Shown in pieces: positions 24,110 through 36,958 of a stretch of DNA of 64,000 nt (the first letter of the stretch is position 1; each line of letters starts with the position of its first letter). The notes beneath the pieces are model-generated. The model saw only the letters and a list, made by a program, of their open reading frames with translations, did not search any database and was not told the origin of the DNA. Source of the stretch: Dictyostelium discoideum (taxonomy: Eukaryota); the NCBI GenBank assembly GCA_000004695.1, contig CM000153.2, positions 5,376,001 to 5,440,000 of the forward strand, in the 5' to 3' direction. The position numbers and the translations under genes are program-made.

Positions 24110-24399
24110 CGACCAAATAAAAAAAAAAGTCAAAATTTAGGACTTTTTTATTTGTTTTTGGTAAAAAAAAAAGGATAATTTTTTTTTTTTTTTTTATTCC
24201 AAAAAAACAAATAAAAATAATTCCAAATTTGGTATACAAAATTTAAACGATATGAAAAATATCAATAACATGTAAAAATAAAAAAAAAAAAAATAAAAAA
24301 TAAAAAATAAAAAAAAAAAAAAAAAAACATTTCATTTGAAATTTTTAAAAATAAAAAAAAACAAAAAAAAAAAAAAAGAGATACACACATACAACAAAA

Positions 24400-25252
24400 A
24401 TGGTATGAAAAAATGAAAATAAAAATAAAAATAACAAGTATTTATTATTATTATTATTTGACTAACTTTTGTTTTTTTATTATTTTTTAGTCATTAGCAC
24501 AAACAAGATTAACAGAAGAAAGAAAAGCATTTCGAAAAGATCACCCAGTGGTAAGTTCGAATTAATTAATTTCTTTTTTTTTTAAATATTAACTTATTAA
24601 TTTAGTCAATCCCTGTATATTTATATATTTAAACATATATACACAAATATGTTTATAGGGTTTTCATGCTAGACCAGTAACAAATGCAGATGATACATTA
24701 AATTTATTAAAATGGACTTGTGGAGTTCCAGGAAAAGTAGGTACACCATGGGAAGGAGGTATTTATGATGTAACAATAACATTTAAAGATGATTATCCAA
24801 GTAGACCACCAGTATGTTCATTTCCAAAAGGATTCTTTCACTTAAATTGTTTTCCAAGTGGTGATATTTGTTTATCAATTCTTAATAATGAATGGAAACC
24901 ATCAATCTCTATAAAAAATGTATGCTATAGCATTATTCATATTTATATTTAGAATTTACACCTCTAATCTGTGTGTGTGATAAATTTAGTTGATGCTAAT
25001 AAAGTATAATTTATAGATTTTATTAGGTATACAAGAATTATTAGATAGTCCAAATCCAGATAGTGCTGCAAATAGTGAAGCTTATTCATTATGGAAGTAT
25101 GTTATTTTTATATTTTTCTTTTTTTTTTTCACTAATATGTATTTAATAATTAATAATTAATAATTAATAATAACAGGAAAGATAAAGCAGGTTATTTAAA
25201 GAGAATAAAAGATCAAGCTAAATTGTATGATGCTCAAAGACTATTGGAATGA
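24400..25252 (+). CDS. ubc9: SUMO-conjugating enzyme Ubc9. join(24400..24402,24491..24550,24659..24919,25017..25096,25177..25252), 159 aa.
   Basis: The spliced product is M|SLAQTRLTEERKAFRKDHPV|GFHARPVTNADDTLNLLKWTCGVPGKVGTPWEGGIYDVTITFKDDYPSRPPVCSFPKGFFHLNCFPSGDICLSILNNEWKPSISIKN|ILLGIQELLDSPNPDSAANSEAYSLWK|KDKAGYLKRIKDQAKLYDAQRLLE*. This is near-collinear with human UBC9 (158 aa), including the HPNVYPSGTVCLSIL active-site region. All introns are GTA(A/T)G...(T)AG. Exon 1 is the ATG alone. Confidence 0.9.
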
Positions 25253-25393
25253 AAAAAAAAACAAAAAATAAATAAATAATTGTACAAACAAAAAAAAAGA
25301 AAAAAAAAAAAAGAAAAAAGAATTAAAAAAAAGAATAAATTTAAGAATACTATTTTATTTTAATTACATTAAATAATGATTAGCTAGTTTTTT

Positions 25394-25425
<32 letters not shown>

Positions 25426-25495
25426 TTATTTATTATTTATTTACTATTTATTTACTATTTATTATTTATATATTCAATTATTTTATTTTATTTAT

Positions 25496-27241
25496 TTATT
25501 TATTTTTTAAATAATTTGTAATTAGTCTAGCAGTATTTTTTGAAGATATAGTTGTTGTTTCAATAGTAGATACAGAATGTTCGAAAGCATTATTATAGAA
25601 TAAACCTTGATCTATAATGATTGGTGGGAATTTTTGAGCTGGTGTCAATACTGGATATGCACTCCAAACATGATAATGTAATAATTCAGGTTTAATAAAG
25701 AATTTATCAATTAATTTTGAATCTAATTTCTTTGGAGCAAATATTTTAAAAACTTGTCTTCCATCATCAAGTTTACCCTATATGAAAATAATTAATAATT
25801 AATAATTAATAAATAATAAAGAAAAATGACTAATAAATATAATAAAAGTTACCCTTGAATTTTCACAAAGACTAAAGAATGGTAAAGATTTATTAAAAGA
25901 AGTTAAAATACAATCAATTGGATGATCTTTTGGATAACCAAAATATTCAGCATTGATTGAATTTGCAGCAATTAAATGAACATGAACTTTTTTATAATCT
26001 TTTTTTGGTATTGTTTCATGAGTGAATGGTAAACCTGTGAATTTAATATTTGAGAATTCAATAGGTGTTGAAATTACAACAATATCAAATTCCTCGATTG
26101 ATATTTGATTATTATTTGATAAATCTTTTGATGTAATTTTATAAATAATTTTTTTATTTTTTTCATCATCATTATCATCATCATCATGATCAATTAAAAC
26201 TTTTTCAATTTCAATAACTTCATGAGTTGATAAAACTTTTGATTTTGTATTATTTAATAATGCCTCAGATATTTGATAATTACCACCTTGAACAGAGAAT
26301 AAACCATCATCAGTACCTGCCAAACCAATGAATGCAGCAAATGCTGATAAATTATCATAATCTTGATTATAATTTACTCTCATACCAGCCGATAAAATAT
26401 CTTCAACAAATTCAGTTGAAATTCCTAACTTATCACAAAAATGTTCTTTTGCTGTTGATTTAGTAACTTCTAATAAACCTAAATTTTTATAAAATTCTTC
26501 AACACTTTTAAATGGTTCACTATTATTATAACCTTTTAAAAATTTATTTATAACATCATCTCTAGCATCTTTACAAAAATAATAATTAAATAATTTTAAT
26601 TTTAATTTTTTTGGTAAAATAAAAATAAAAATAAAAATTGAAAAAAAAAAAAATTGGAAAAACTTACTTTTAAATTTAATTGGTGACATAAAATAATTAT
26701 ATAACATTTTTAATTGATTAACTATTGTATATGGGTGTTGTGAAAAAACAAATTCTTTACCATTCCAAATTACTAAATTTTTATTATCAACTTCTTCAGA
26801 TTTTTTAATTTTTAAACCAAGTTTATTTATTAATCCAATTATATTTTCATTTAATGGGTGAACGACACTACCACCTAATTCAGTGTATTTACCTTGAATA
26901 TCGATATTTCTAGTTCTACCACCAATTTTTTCCTTTTCAAAAACTGTAATTTCAATTGGTTTATCAATTCTATCTGATAATGATTCTTCATTAATATAGT
27001 ATGCACATGATGATCCTCCAATACCTGATCCAATAATTGCAATCTTTATTGGTTCAACAGGTTCAAAATGATTATGTGATTTTATTTCTTCTTTTTCATT
27101 ATTATTATGTTGATGTTGATGATCAGTTTCAAAGAATGGATGGTTATGTGGTGTATTTTTATTTTCATTACCACTACATTCTATAATTGAATTTAAAAAT
27201 AAAGAAATTAAAAAAATTATTAAAATATTATGTTTTATCAT
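25496..27241 (-). CDS. Prenylcysteine oxidase-like FAD oxidoreductase, multi-exon. Exons about 26668..27241 and 25854..26568, plus a C-terminal exon region 25496..25778. The last junctions are unresolved.
   Basis: Signal peptide followed by KIAIIGSGIGGSSCAYYI, a FAD-binding GxGxxG motif typical of PCYOX. An in-frame 99-nt AT-rich intron (GTAAGT...AAAG) is read through by the tracked ORF as FFQFFFFSIFIF. A second intron sits after ...CENSR (GTAACT...ATATAG). The C-terminal reading ...HYHVWSAYPVLTPAQKFPPIIIDQGLFYNNAFEHSVSTIETTTISSKNTARLITNYLKNK* resembles the PCYOX C-terminus. In my hand translation the pieces fall in different frames, and the tracked-ORF codon for residue 441 (P) does not match the displayed bases (caa). 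Confidence 0.6.
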
Positions 27242-27464
27242 TTTTTTTTTTTTTGTTTTATTATTTAAATAATAATAATCTAAAGAAATTAAATTGTTTT
27301 TTTATTTTTTAAATTAAATTTTTAATTTAAAAAAAAAAAAAAAAAAAATGATTGTTGGGCAATTTACAAAAAAAAAAAAAAAAAAATTAAAAAAAATAAA
27401 AAAAAAAAAGAAAATCTTTTTTTTTTATTGTGAAATATATATGAAAATAAGATTTCATTTAAAT

Positions 27465-27699
27465 TTATTTATTTTGTTTATAATAGTAAAAATAACTTGG
27501 GCCAATATGTGGCTTTAAAGTGTGTGTTAAAAAATATTTTAAACTAATTTGTGTTCCAAATAATATATTATCAATTTCTAACTCTCCATACAAACTATCA
27601 GGATTCATCCTAAAAAAAGGTTAAAATTAAAGTAATAATAAATAAAAAAATTATTTATTAGTAATGTAATGTTTTTTAATTTTTTAAGAAAATATATTA

Positions 27700-27730
<31 letters not shown>

Positions 27731-27973
27731 TTACCTTTTAATCTCTCTAACCATATTATCTTTTTCTAAAATTAAATCTTTTTCTGAACCATTTTCAAAT
27801 AATATATAAATTATTATACTATAACAATAAATATTATTATTATTAAATCTAGCCTGTATTGTTAAAAATCCTAAATCAGATGATTGTATAGTATTTTCTA
27901 AATATTCACTTTTATTGTACCTTGAAAGTTGATATATTAACCCATTATTAATTGATCCAGTTATTTGCTCCAT
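27465..27973 (-). CDS. Hypothetical small protein. complement(join(27465..27609,27735..27973)), 127 aa.
   Basis: Exon 1 is the tracked ORF MEQITGSINNGLIYQLSRYNK...MVREIK, ending at a GTAAAT donor. A TTTTTTTAG acceptor at 27610 adds RMNPDSLYGELEIDNILFGTQISLKYFLTHTLKPHIGPSYFYYYKQNK*. The intron is 125 nt. I do not recognise the family with confidence. Confidence 0.45.
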
Positions 27974-28658
27974 TTTTATTTTAATTTATTATAAAGATAT
28001 TTTTATTTTTATTTTTAACTAAAAATAGTTTTGTTTATTTTTCTTTTTTTTTTTTTTTTTTTTTTTCTAAAAAAATAAATTAAACCTTTTTTTTTTTTTC
28101 TTTTTTTTTTTTTTTTATTTTTTAATTTTGAAATAATTAAACAATAATAAAAAAAAATAAAAAAAAAAACAATATCTTTCCATTATTATAAAACTATTGA
28201 ATACAATCGGAAGAATCTTAATTTTTTTATACATTATTATAAATATATTCCATTATAATAATTATTTTTTACAATAAAAAAAAAAAAAAAAAAAAAAAAT
28301 CGCCAAATCTTTAATTTTTTAAAAACCCATAGAATTTTATGTCAAATTATTTTTGATAAATTTTAGTTATAAAAAAAAAAAAAAAATTGCTCTCGACGTT
28401 TTATAATACAAAAATGATGAAAATAAGAGAATAAAAAAAAAAAAAAAAAATAACACCGAATAGTAAATCCAAATAAACATAATAATAAAAATAATAATTA
28501 GTAAATAAATGAATAATAATAAAAAAAAAAAAATAAATAAATATATAAAATGAAAATTTAGTAAATTATTTATGTACAAATAGGTTTTTTTTTTTTTTAT
28601 TTTTTATTTTTATTTTTGTAATGTTAAAGTTAGGGGATATCATCAAATTGTATTGAAA

Positions 28659-29023
28659 TTATCTAATTGATTCACAAGCATCAATCCAATCACTATAAAC
28701 GTCTATGGCATCTGATAACTCTGCATGTTTTTTTTATTTTTTAAATAATGACGAAATGAAAATAAAAAAGAATTAGTATTTCTATTAATTATTGTGTGTG
28801 TATGTGAGTGGATTTATTAAAAAGAAAAAATAATAAACATACCATGAATTGGTGTTTCATATGAGGCATTACAAACTCTGCACTTGGCAACTCCTTTACC
28901 AAGTTCTCTATCTAATATACAATCTACAGACTGAGAATGGGCACAAAATAAGCAATCAAAATGCTTTGGGAGTTTTTGAACTACCTTTTTTGGGGGTGGC
29001 TTACTTGATTTACGCTTACCCAT
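28659..29023 (-). CDS. elof1: Transcription elongation factor 1 homolog (ELOF1/Elf1). complement(join(28659..28720,28843..29023)), 80 aa.
   Basis: [60 protein letters not shown], the Elf1 zinc ribbon (CxxC...CxxC). A GTATGT donor and CATGCAG acceptor (122-nt intron) lead to [20 protein letters not shown], matching the conserved [12 protein letters not shown] tail. Confidence 0.85.
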
Positions 29024-29112
29024 ATTATTTATATATGTGTTTATATATATAAAATAATGTGTAAAAAAAAAAAAAATTATAATTTAAATTAAAAAAAAAA
29101 AAAAAAATTTTC

Positions 29113-29149
<37 letters not shown>

Positions 29150-29182
29150 TTTATTTTATTTTTATTTTTATTTTTATTTTTA

Positions 29183-29213
<31 letters not shown>

Positions 29214-29460
29214 TTCATTTTTATTTTTTACCAAATTAAAAACATTTTTGAAACACAAACAAAAAGGGAGGCAATTTTTATGTTGGGGATGAAGTAAAAA
29301 AAAAAAAAAAAAAAAAACAAAAAAAAAAAAAAAAAAAAAACAGAATATATTATTCCTTTTTTTATTATTAAAAATAACTATAAAAAAAATTAAATCTTTA
29401 AAATTTTTCATTTTGTTTTTTATATAAAGTAATAGAATTTTTATTTTTATTTTTACTATT

Positions 29461-29496
<36 letters not shown>

Positions 29497-29588
29497 GGTA
29501 TTTTTAATTTGGATTTAATAAATAATTTCGATATCTTCTCTTTAAATAGTTTTTTTTTTTTTTTTTTTTTTTTCCAAAATGTATCAAG

Positions 29589-29838
29589 TTAATTACACAT
29601 ATATGGTCTTGTAAACATAGCACCACTATACAATTTATTGGTTGCAGTTACTTGATTTAATGATGATGATAAAGAAGAGGATTCTTGGCTATTAATTGTG
29701 ATTTTGTTGTTTGATTTTTCAACGGTGGTTAATGAAATTAATGATTCTATAAAAATATTTAAAAAATTAGTAAGTATTTAATCTTTTTTTATTTTATTTT
29801 ATTTCTTTTTTTATATTTTCACACATACTGAATAACAT
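29589..29838 (-). CDS. Speculative 2-exon small ORF (55 aa). complement(join(29589..29746,29829..29838)).
   Basis: A region less AT-rich than its surroundings. ATGTTATTCA|GTATGT (10-nt first exon), then an 82-nt intron ending TTTTTATAG, then [52 protein letters not shown]. No recognisable family. Confidence 0.2.
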
Positions 29839-31023
29839 TTTAAAGATAGTTTTTTTTTTTTTTTTTTTAATAAAATAAATAAATAAATAAGTAAATAAAT
29901 TAATAAATAAATAATTAGTTTTTTTAATAAAGTAAATAAATAAATAAGTAAATAAATTAATAAATAAATAATTTTTTAAAATCTTTTTTTTTAATAAATA
30001 AATAAATAAATAATTGTTTTTGAATGATTTTTTTTTTTTTTTCTTTATTAAAAAATATTCCTATTTATACTTTTTTTTATATATATTTCCTTTTTTAATA
30101 TTAATTTTTGTTAAAATAATTTAGTAGTGTTTTCTTTTTTTTTTAAAAAAAATGAATAGTTAAATTTGATTATAATTATTTGAAATAATTTCCTTTTTAA
30201 AAACATTACTTGGTGGGAATTTCTCCCCCAATAAAAAATAAAATCCTTTTAAGATTTTTTTTTTTTAAAACATAAAAATAAATAAAGTAAAAATAAAGAT
30301 TATTTTTAAAAAAAAAAATATTGCACATTGCCACACTAAATTGATTGATTTTTTAAAAATAAAAATAATTATATAAAATTCAAAATTATTTTAAAATTTA
30401 CGAAAATTAGTAAATAGCCCAATAGGAAAATCTAATTCATACTTGTACTAATAAAATCCCTATTTTTGGCAATAAGTTTTCAAACCGAAATATTAAACAT
30501 AATATCAGAGATTTTAAAAAAAAATCCTGATCAATAATAATTTTTTTTATTATAATATTATTTATTTGAATATAAAATTTTCTTTTTTTTTTTTTTTTTT
30601 CTTATTATTATTTTAATTTAAACAAAAAGTGTAATTATTTTTTTTTTTTTTTTTCTCCTCTTTATTGTTTTCAATTTAATTTTGATTTTATTTAATTTAA
30701 AATTTATAACCACTTTTAAAATAATAAAAAATAATTTTAAAATTATTATTTATTATTATTATTTTTTTTTTTTTTTTTTTTTAAACATTTTTTTTAAACA
30801 TTTTTTTTTTTTTTAAATTTTAATCTATAAAAACAAATACATATTAAAAATTAAATATAACTTTATAAAATTTTTAAAATTAAAATTAAAATACATTTAA
30901 AAAAAATGTTAAAATTGAATTGAAAAAATAAAAAAAATTAAACATTTTATATTTATTTTTATATAATTTTATAAAAGAAAAAAAAAAAACAATAATATAA
31001 ATAAAGAAAATAAATAATTAAAC

Positions 31024-31126
31024 ATGAAAAAAATAATAAATTTAATAATGATTTTTTTTTTAATAAATGAAATTATAGGATTTGAATATAAAAATATAAA
31101 TACTATAATAATTAACAATAATAATG

Positions 31127-31158
<32 letters not shown>

Positions 31159-31542
31159 TTAAATAAAATCCAATGTAATGATAATTCATTGTATCCATTT
31201 GATTTACCAGTATTAATTTATATTGTATCATTAGTTGAAAGAAATGATATTAATAATGAAATTAATAATAATAATGAAAATGAATCAAATAAATTTTTAA
31301 CAGCAACAGTTAATGGTAGAACATGTTTAAGTCAAGGTATTGATAATAATTTATCATTTGAATTATCAATTGGTTCAAATGTAACAATTCCACAACAATT
31401 ATTAGAAAAAGAATTTGAAGCAAAATATATAAATATTAATTTTCGTGGTGAAATTTTATCATTTCCTGATTTATCAATTTTAATTAAACATAATAATTTT
31501 CCAGATACATATCATATTGAAACTATATTTAAAAAATTTTAA
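31024..31542 (+). CDS. Hypothetical secreted protein, 172 aa.
   Basis: Signal-peptide-like N-terminus MKKIINLIMIFFLINEIIGF, poly-N tracts, and no TM segment. Single ORF with no recognisable domain. Confidence 0.4.
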
Positions 31543-31709
31543 TTTAAATAAAATAATCATAAATGTGTATATATATATATATTATTTTATTTTATTCCTT
31601 TAATTATAATTATAACTATTTTTATTTTTTATTTTTTTTATTTTTAAATATTATTTATTTATTTTATTTTATTTATTTTTATTTATTTTTATTTATTTAA
31701 TTCTATTAA

Positions 31710-32953
31710 CTATTGATTCCAATTTAAATTTGGTTTTACAAAAATAAAATTATTTGTATTTTTAGTTTTTGATAATTCTTTGTTAAAACGTTTAGAGATA
31801 ATTTTAAAATGAGGTAAATTTAATTTACCAGCAACTAAAGGTAATAGAATATGTTTAATTTCATGAGTAGAATCGGGATGAATTGAGAAAGTTGATTGTT
31901 TATCACCAGAAAAGAAGAAAGGAATATCAGAATTACCATAACTTGGTGGATTAATAACTTGTAGATCAAATTCTTGTAAAAAGTTTGTATTATTTTTAAT
32001 GATAATCGATTGGGTTAATGGTTGACCGACTATACCAAAAGAAGGTACATGAACTTTTGCAAGGAATGGATTTGGTGTTGTTCTAATATATGGTAATTGA
32101 ATTGGTAATGTTGAAATGATTTTACTTGATTGACCTTTTCTTCTCCATTCAATAATAAAAGAACCAAAACTAATAGATTCACTAATTACCAATGGTATCA
32201 AATTAAACCAACCACTATAAGTTGTATTTTTTGATAATTCAACATCTTTTAATAATTTATTTGAATCTGATAATAATTGTGCAACTGGTAAATTATTAAT
32301 GCTATCATCTAAAATCATATTAAGATTATTTATAATATTATTATTTACACCACCACTATTATTATTTGGATTATTTGGATTATTATTTGGATTATTATTA
32401 TTTGGATTATTATTTGGAGTATTAGGATTATTATTAGCAACATTTGGTGATAATAAAGTTGCATTTCTTGCAGATTCAGCAGCAGTTGAAATTGATAATT
32501 TTGTATTTTCAATTATAATATTAAAAGGTAATTGTGATTTAATTTCACTTAATAATAAAAGATTCTCTCTAGTTTGTACACCTTGATCATAGAGATCAGT
32601 AATCAATTGTAAATGTTCATTAAAGAATTGGAATTGTGTATTGAAACCAACAACTACAGGAATTGTAAATAACTTTGATGTATGTGATATTTCACCAGTT
32701 TTAGTTTCATAACTAATACTAATTAATAATTTATTTTCATCAACAACTGAAGAATAAACATAAAACATTTTCTTAAAACTCTTTGTTTCTTTAATCGTTG
32801 TTAATTTCATTTCACTTAATGGTGTTGATCTATTTGGTTCTAAATAAATTCCTTTTTCACATGATTGATTATTAATATTAATAATATTAACTGATTGTTG
32901 TTGTTGTTGTAATTGTTGTTGTTGTTGTTGTTGTTGTAATTGTTGTTGTTGTA

Positions 32954-32984
<31 letters not shown>

Positions 32985-35333
32985 ATGATGATGATGTGAG
33001 TGTTGAGTTTGTGGTAATGGTTGTTGTGGATTCTGTTGTAGTAGAGTTGTAGTTTGTTGTGATTGTTGAATTTCAAATCTAATTGTACCACCTTTAATTT
33101 CAGCATCATTATTTATAATTTCTAATTCAATTTCATAAAATTCATTTACAATTGCAGGTGAACTATGATTACATTTAATTTGAATTAATGATTCATGATC
33201 AAGTATTCTAATTGATGATCTTTCTAAAAACTTTTTATATGGATTTAATTTCTCTAAAGTTTTTGGTGGTTGTTGTTGTTGTTGTTGTTGTGTTGTTTTA
33301 ATATTTTTATCTTTTAATTTGTTTTGAATTGGTGGTGTTGTTGTTGTTGAAATTAATAATGATGATGGATCTTTAATTTTCTTTTCAATTTCAGTTTCAT
33401 CAGATTTAATTGCCCATTCTTGAACATTCCAAACAAAGTTTATAGTTTTTGTTGGTGAACCAATATTACCCAATTCTAAAATTACTGATAAACATTCTAA
33501 TTCCATTTTCTCTTTTGCTACTTCAAGTTTAAAAGTGAATAATCTAGATTCATCAGGAAGGAAAATTAAATCTTGTCTGCTATGATCATCTCTTTTAATT
33601 GTTGATTGATTGATTGGTGATTGAATTGGTTGTTTATCATGAATTGATTTATTATAAGATTTCTCAGAGAAAATAACTTTTAAAGCAGAGAATCTAATTG
33701 GGTTTGGAAAATGTGACCCAATTACAACATAAAATTCTGTGGTTGAATTTGTAAAAGTGAAAGAAGAAGGGAACTGAACTCTACAATCTAATAATGGATG
33801 AACATGATCCATATTGATATCCAATGATTTCTCCAATGATAATGGTGGTGACAATTTTTGAGCACCATCAGTTAGAATATGAATGATGGTATTTTGAATA
33901 TTTGCTCTATCCGCTACTGTATTATTTAATTCTGGTGATAGATAATCCAAAGCGTAACCAATATAATTTGTTGGTAAATTTAAATAGTGTACAGATTTCA
34001 AAAGCATTGATAAACTATGAGTTAATAAAGTTGTCCATTTCTCACGACGATATGTAAATGCATTCTTATTATAATATTTCAATGCTAAATCATATTGTTT
34101 CGATATGAAATATTCATAAGCAATTAATGATTCAATGAATGATAAAATACGATGATTACCACTAACAGTTGATTGATCATATGCTTTAACCAATGTTTTA
34201 ATTATTAAATTTGTATAATTTAATGATAATTCAATTGCAATTGATTTTGATAAATCATTTTCATCTGCAATTGTTAATTGTTCTTCATATGTTTGTAATT
34301 GTGTATTATTATTATTACTAATATTATTGGTATTATTGGTATTATTATTATTATTATTATTATCATCAAGTGGATGTGAACCAACTGGTGGTGGTTGACC
34401 AATATATGTTAAATTTGAAAGATCAAACTTTGGTTTAATATCACGATATTCTAAAACATTAACATTCTCTTTATAATGATTTGATAATGCTTTGAAACTA
34501 TCTCTACGATTACCTTGATGTTTTGCAGAAATTTGATAATAAAAACCAGGATTTGTATTAAAATTTGATCTAATAATTGATGGACATAATTCTAATAACT
34601 CTGCAAATATTTGATACTCTCTTGCTAACCAAATACAATGAGTGAATTCCTTTTCAGCTGGACCCATATAAATTTTAAATGTTTTAATATGTTTTTCAAA
34701 TTGATTCAATGAATCTTGAATTAATTTAATTTGTTTTTCAAATTGATTTTGTTGTTGTTGTAATAATATTTGTTGTTGTGATTGTTGTGATTGTTGTGAT
34801 TGTTGTTGTTGTTGATAAAAAAAACCTGTTCCACTTTGTTGAATTTGTTGTTGTGGCTGTGATGGTTGTAATGATTGTTGTTGTAAATATGAAGGTTGAT
34901 ATTGTGATTGTAATGGTGATGTACTAAATTGTGCTTGTTGTTGTTGTTGTGATGATGGTTGTTGCATCATTCCAGGTGTACCAGTTGGTGATAGAATTGT
35001 ACCACCAGGTGTAGATGTTGTTAATGTTGTTGTCGCCAAAATTGGTATTGAAGGTGTTATAGATATTGATGGATTTGTCGTTATTGAATTTGGTGTATTT
35101 GGTGTAGTATTTGTTGGTGTGGTGGTAGTGGTTGCTATATCGCTATTTAACATTGATATTTTACAAATTTTAAAATTAAAAAATGATGCTAAACTTCTAA
35201 TCTCTGCAAACCTAATGCCTCTACTATCATTATTTGATTTATAATTTAATAAATTATAACAATCTCTATAATACCTATTTTTTAAAAAATAAAAATAATA
35301 ATAATAATTATTAATATAAATTATTATTATTAT

Positions 35334-35393
<60 letters not shown>

Positions 35394-36538
35394 TACTTTA
35401 AACTTGTAGAATTATCACCTCTGAAAAATTCAGAATAAAAAGCTATTTTAAAATTATAACGAATTGAAAGGAAAGGATGATTTGATTTTGCAATTTGTGA
35501 TTTTGTATATTGACACATTTCTTTATAATATTGTTCAGATAATTCTAAAGCTAATCTTTCCCATTTCTTTACAAATGGTTTTATATCTTGTTTATTTAAG
35601 AATAAAAAGTATTTTGGATCAATATCTGCTTTCTTTCTAATAGTGTTAACTTTTTCTTCATGATCTAATACTATTGATGTTACAATAATAACTATTAATT
35701 TAATATTTCTACTTTTCATATTTGTTCTAAAATAAATAATTTAAAATAAATAATATAAAATAAATAATATAAAATAAATAATATAAAATAAATAATATAA
35801 AGTTTGTTAATTTTTTAATTTTTTTTTTTTTTTTTTTATAAAGAAACTTAAAACTTACCTAACTAAATCAACTTGTTGTAACATTTGATCATGAGCTTTA
35901 GAATTATTTTTATCATCAGGCCATTGAAGGAATAATGAAACTACAGATGGTATTGAAAATGTATGTTTATGAATCCAATTTGCTTTTAAAATACCCATTG
36001 GATGTGGATTAACTTCAACTTTTTTTTCTTTTTTAAATGATAATGAATCAGTTTCTAATGGTACTGTTTTAAATAATGGTATATTTGAATTTTGAAATCT
36101 CCATCCACCTGCTTCACCACCTGTTGCTGCTGATGTTAAAATTGGTGTACCAACTTTTTGAGTTGGTGATTTCCATAATTCATCAAATTGTGATAATGAT
36201 TTTTGTTGTAATGATAATTCACCCAATTGATTTGATAGTGATGATGGACTATTACTATAATTTGAAGTATTATTATTGTTATTGTTATGTAAAATTGAAA
36301 ATGGATCAATTGATGGTGATGATGAATATTGACCACTATTCCTTCTATTATCACCACCAATAGTTGATGTTAAAATTGGTGTATTATTATTTGATGGTGT
36401 TGTTGGATGAATCCTTTCAAAATCTGTTACATTCTTTGTTGATAAACAATCAATAATTTGTGAATGTAATGATTGACATCCAATTAAACCAATTAATGGT
36501 TGTGGTGAAAGTACAAGATCATCTGGTAATTCATTCAT
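31710..36538 (-). CDS. TRAPP complex subunit 11 (TRAPPC11/foie-gras-like) homolog. complement(join(31710..35274,35397..35726,35859..36538)), about 1524 aa.
   Basis: Exon 1 (NPHPMGILKANWIHKHTFSIPSVVSLFLQWPDDK) aligns to the human TRAPPC11 N-terminus ([34 protein letters not shown]). Exon 2 (RNIKLIVIIVTS...SIRYNFKIAFYSEFF) aligns to RNTKVAVVLIQKK...RHQFKIAFFSE. Exon 3 begins ...KYYRDCYNLL...FFNFKICKIS (YRTAYNLV...FINYKICRLC) and continues through NPGFYYQ, EKWTTLLTHSLSMLLKSVHYL and PNPIRFSALKV, all conserved TRAPPC11 blocks. Both introns are GTAAGT...AG, 132 and 122 nt. Q/N-rich low-complexity insertions are present. Confidence 0.8.
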
Positions 36539-36958
36539 TATTATTTAAAAAAAAAATTATTTATTATTAAATTTTAATTTATTATTTTATTATTATACAT
36601 GTATAAATATTAATTATATATGAAAAAATGATAATTGAATAATGAAAAAAAAAAAAGTAGTTTTAAATTGAAAAAATTAAAAAAAAAAAAATTAAAAAAA
36701 ATTAAAAAAAAAAAAATTAAAAAAAAAAAAAAAAATAAAAATAAAAAAAAAAAAATAAAAAAAAAAATAAAAAAAATATCTTTTTTTTTTATTTCAGTGT
36801 TCATGATCATTTTGGGTTTTGATTGATTTAATGTGAAAATATGTATTTTTTTTTTTTTTTAATTTTTATTTAAGGAAAATAAAAAAAATAATATATTTTG
36901 TTTTTTTATTTTTTATTTTATTTTATTTTATTTTATTTTATTTTATTTTAAAATAATT

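Noticed and set aside
35393-36538. Tracked ORFs 35393..35719 and 35855..36538 as separate genes
   Set aside because: Both are exons of the TRAPPC11 homolog, joined through GTAAGT introns to the 31710..35153 ORF.
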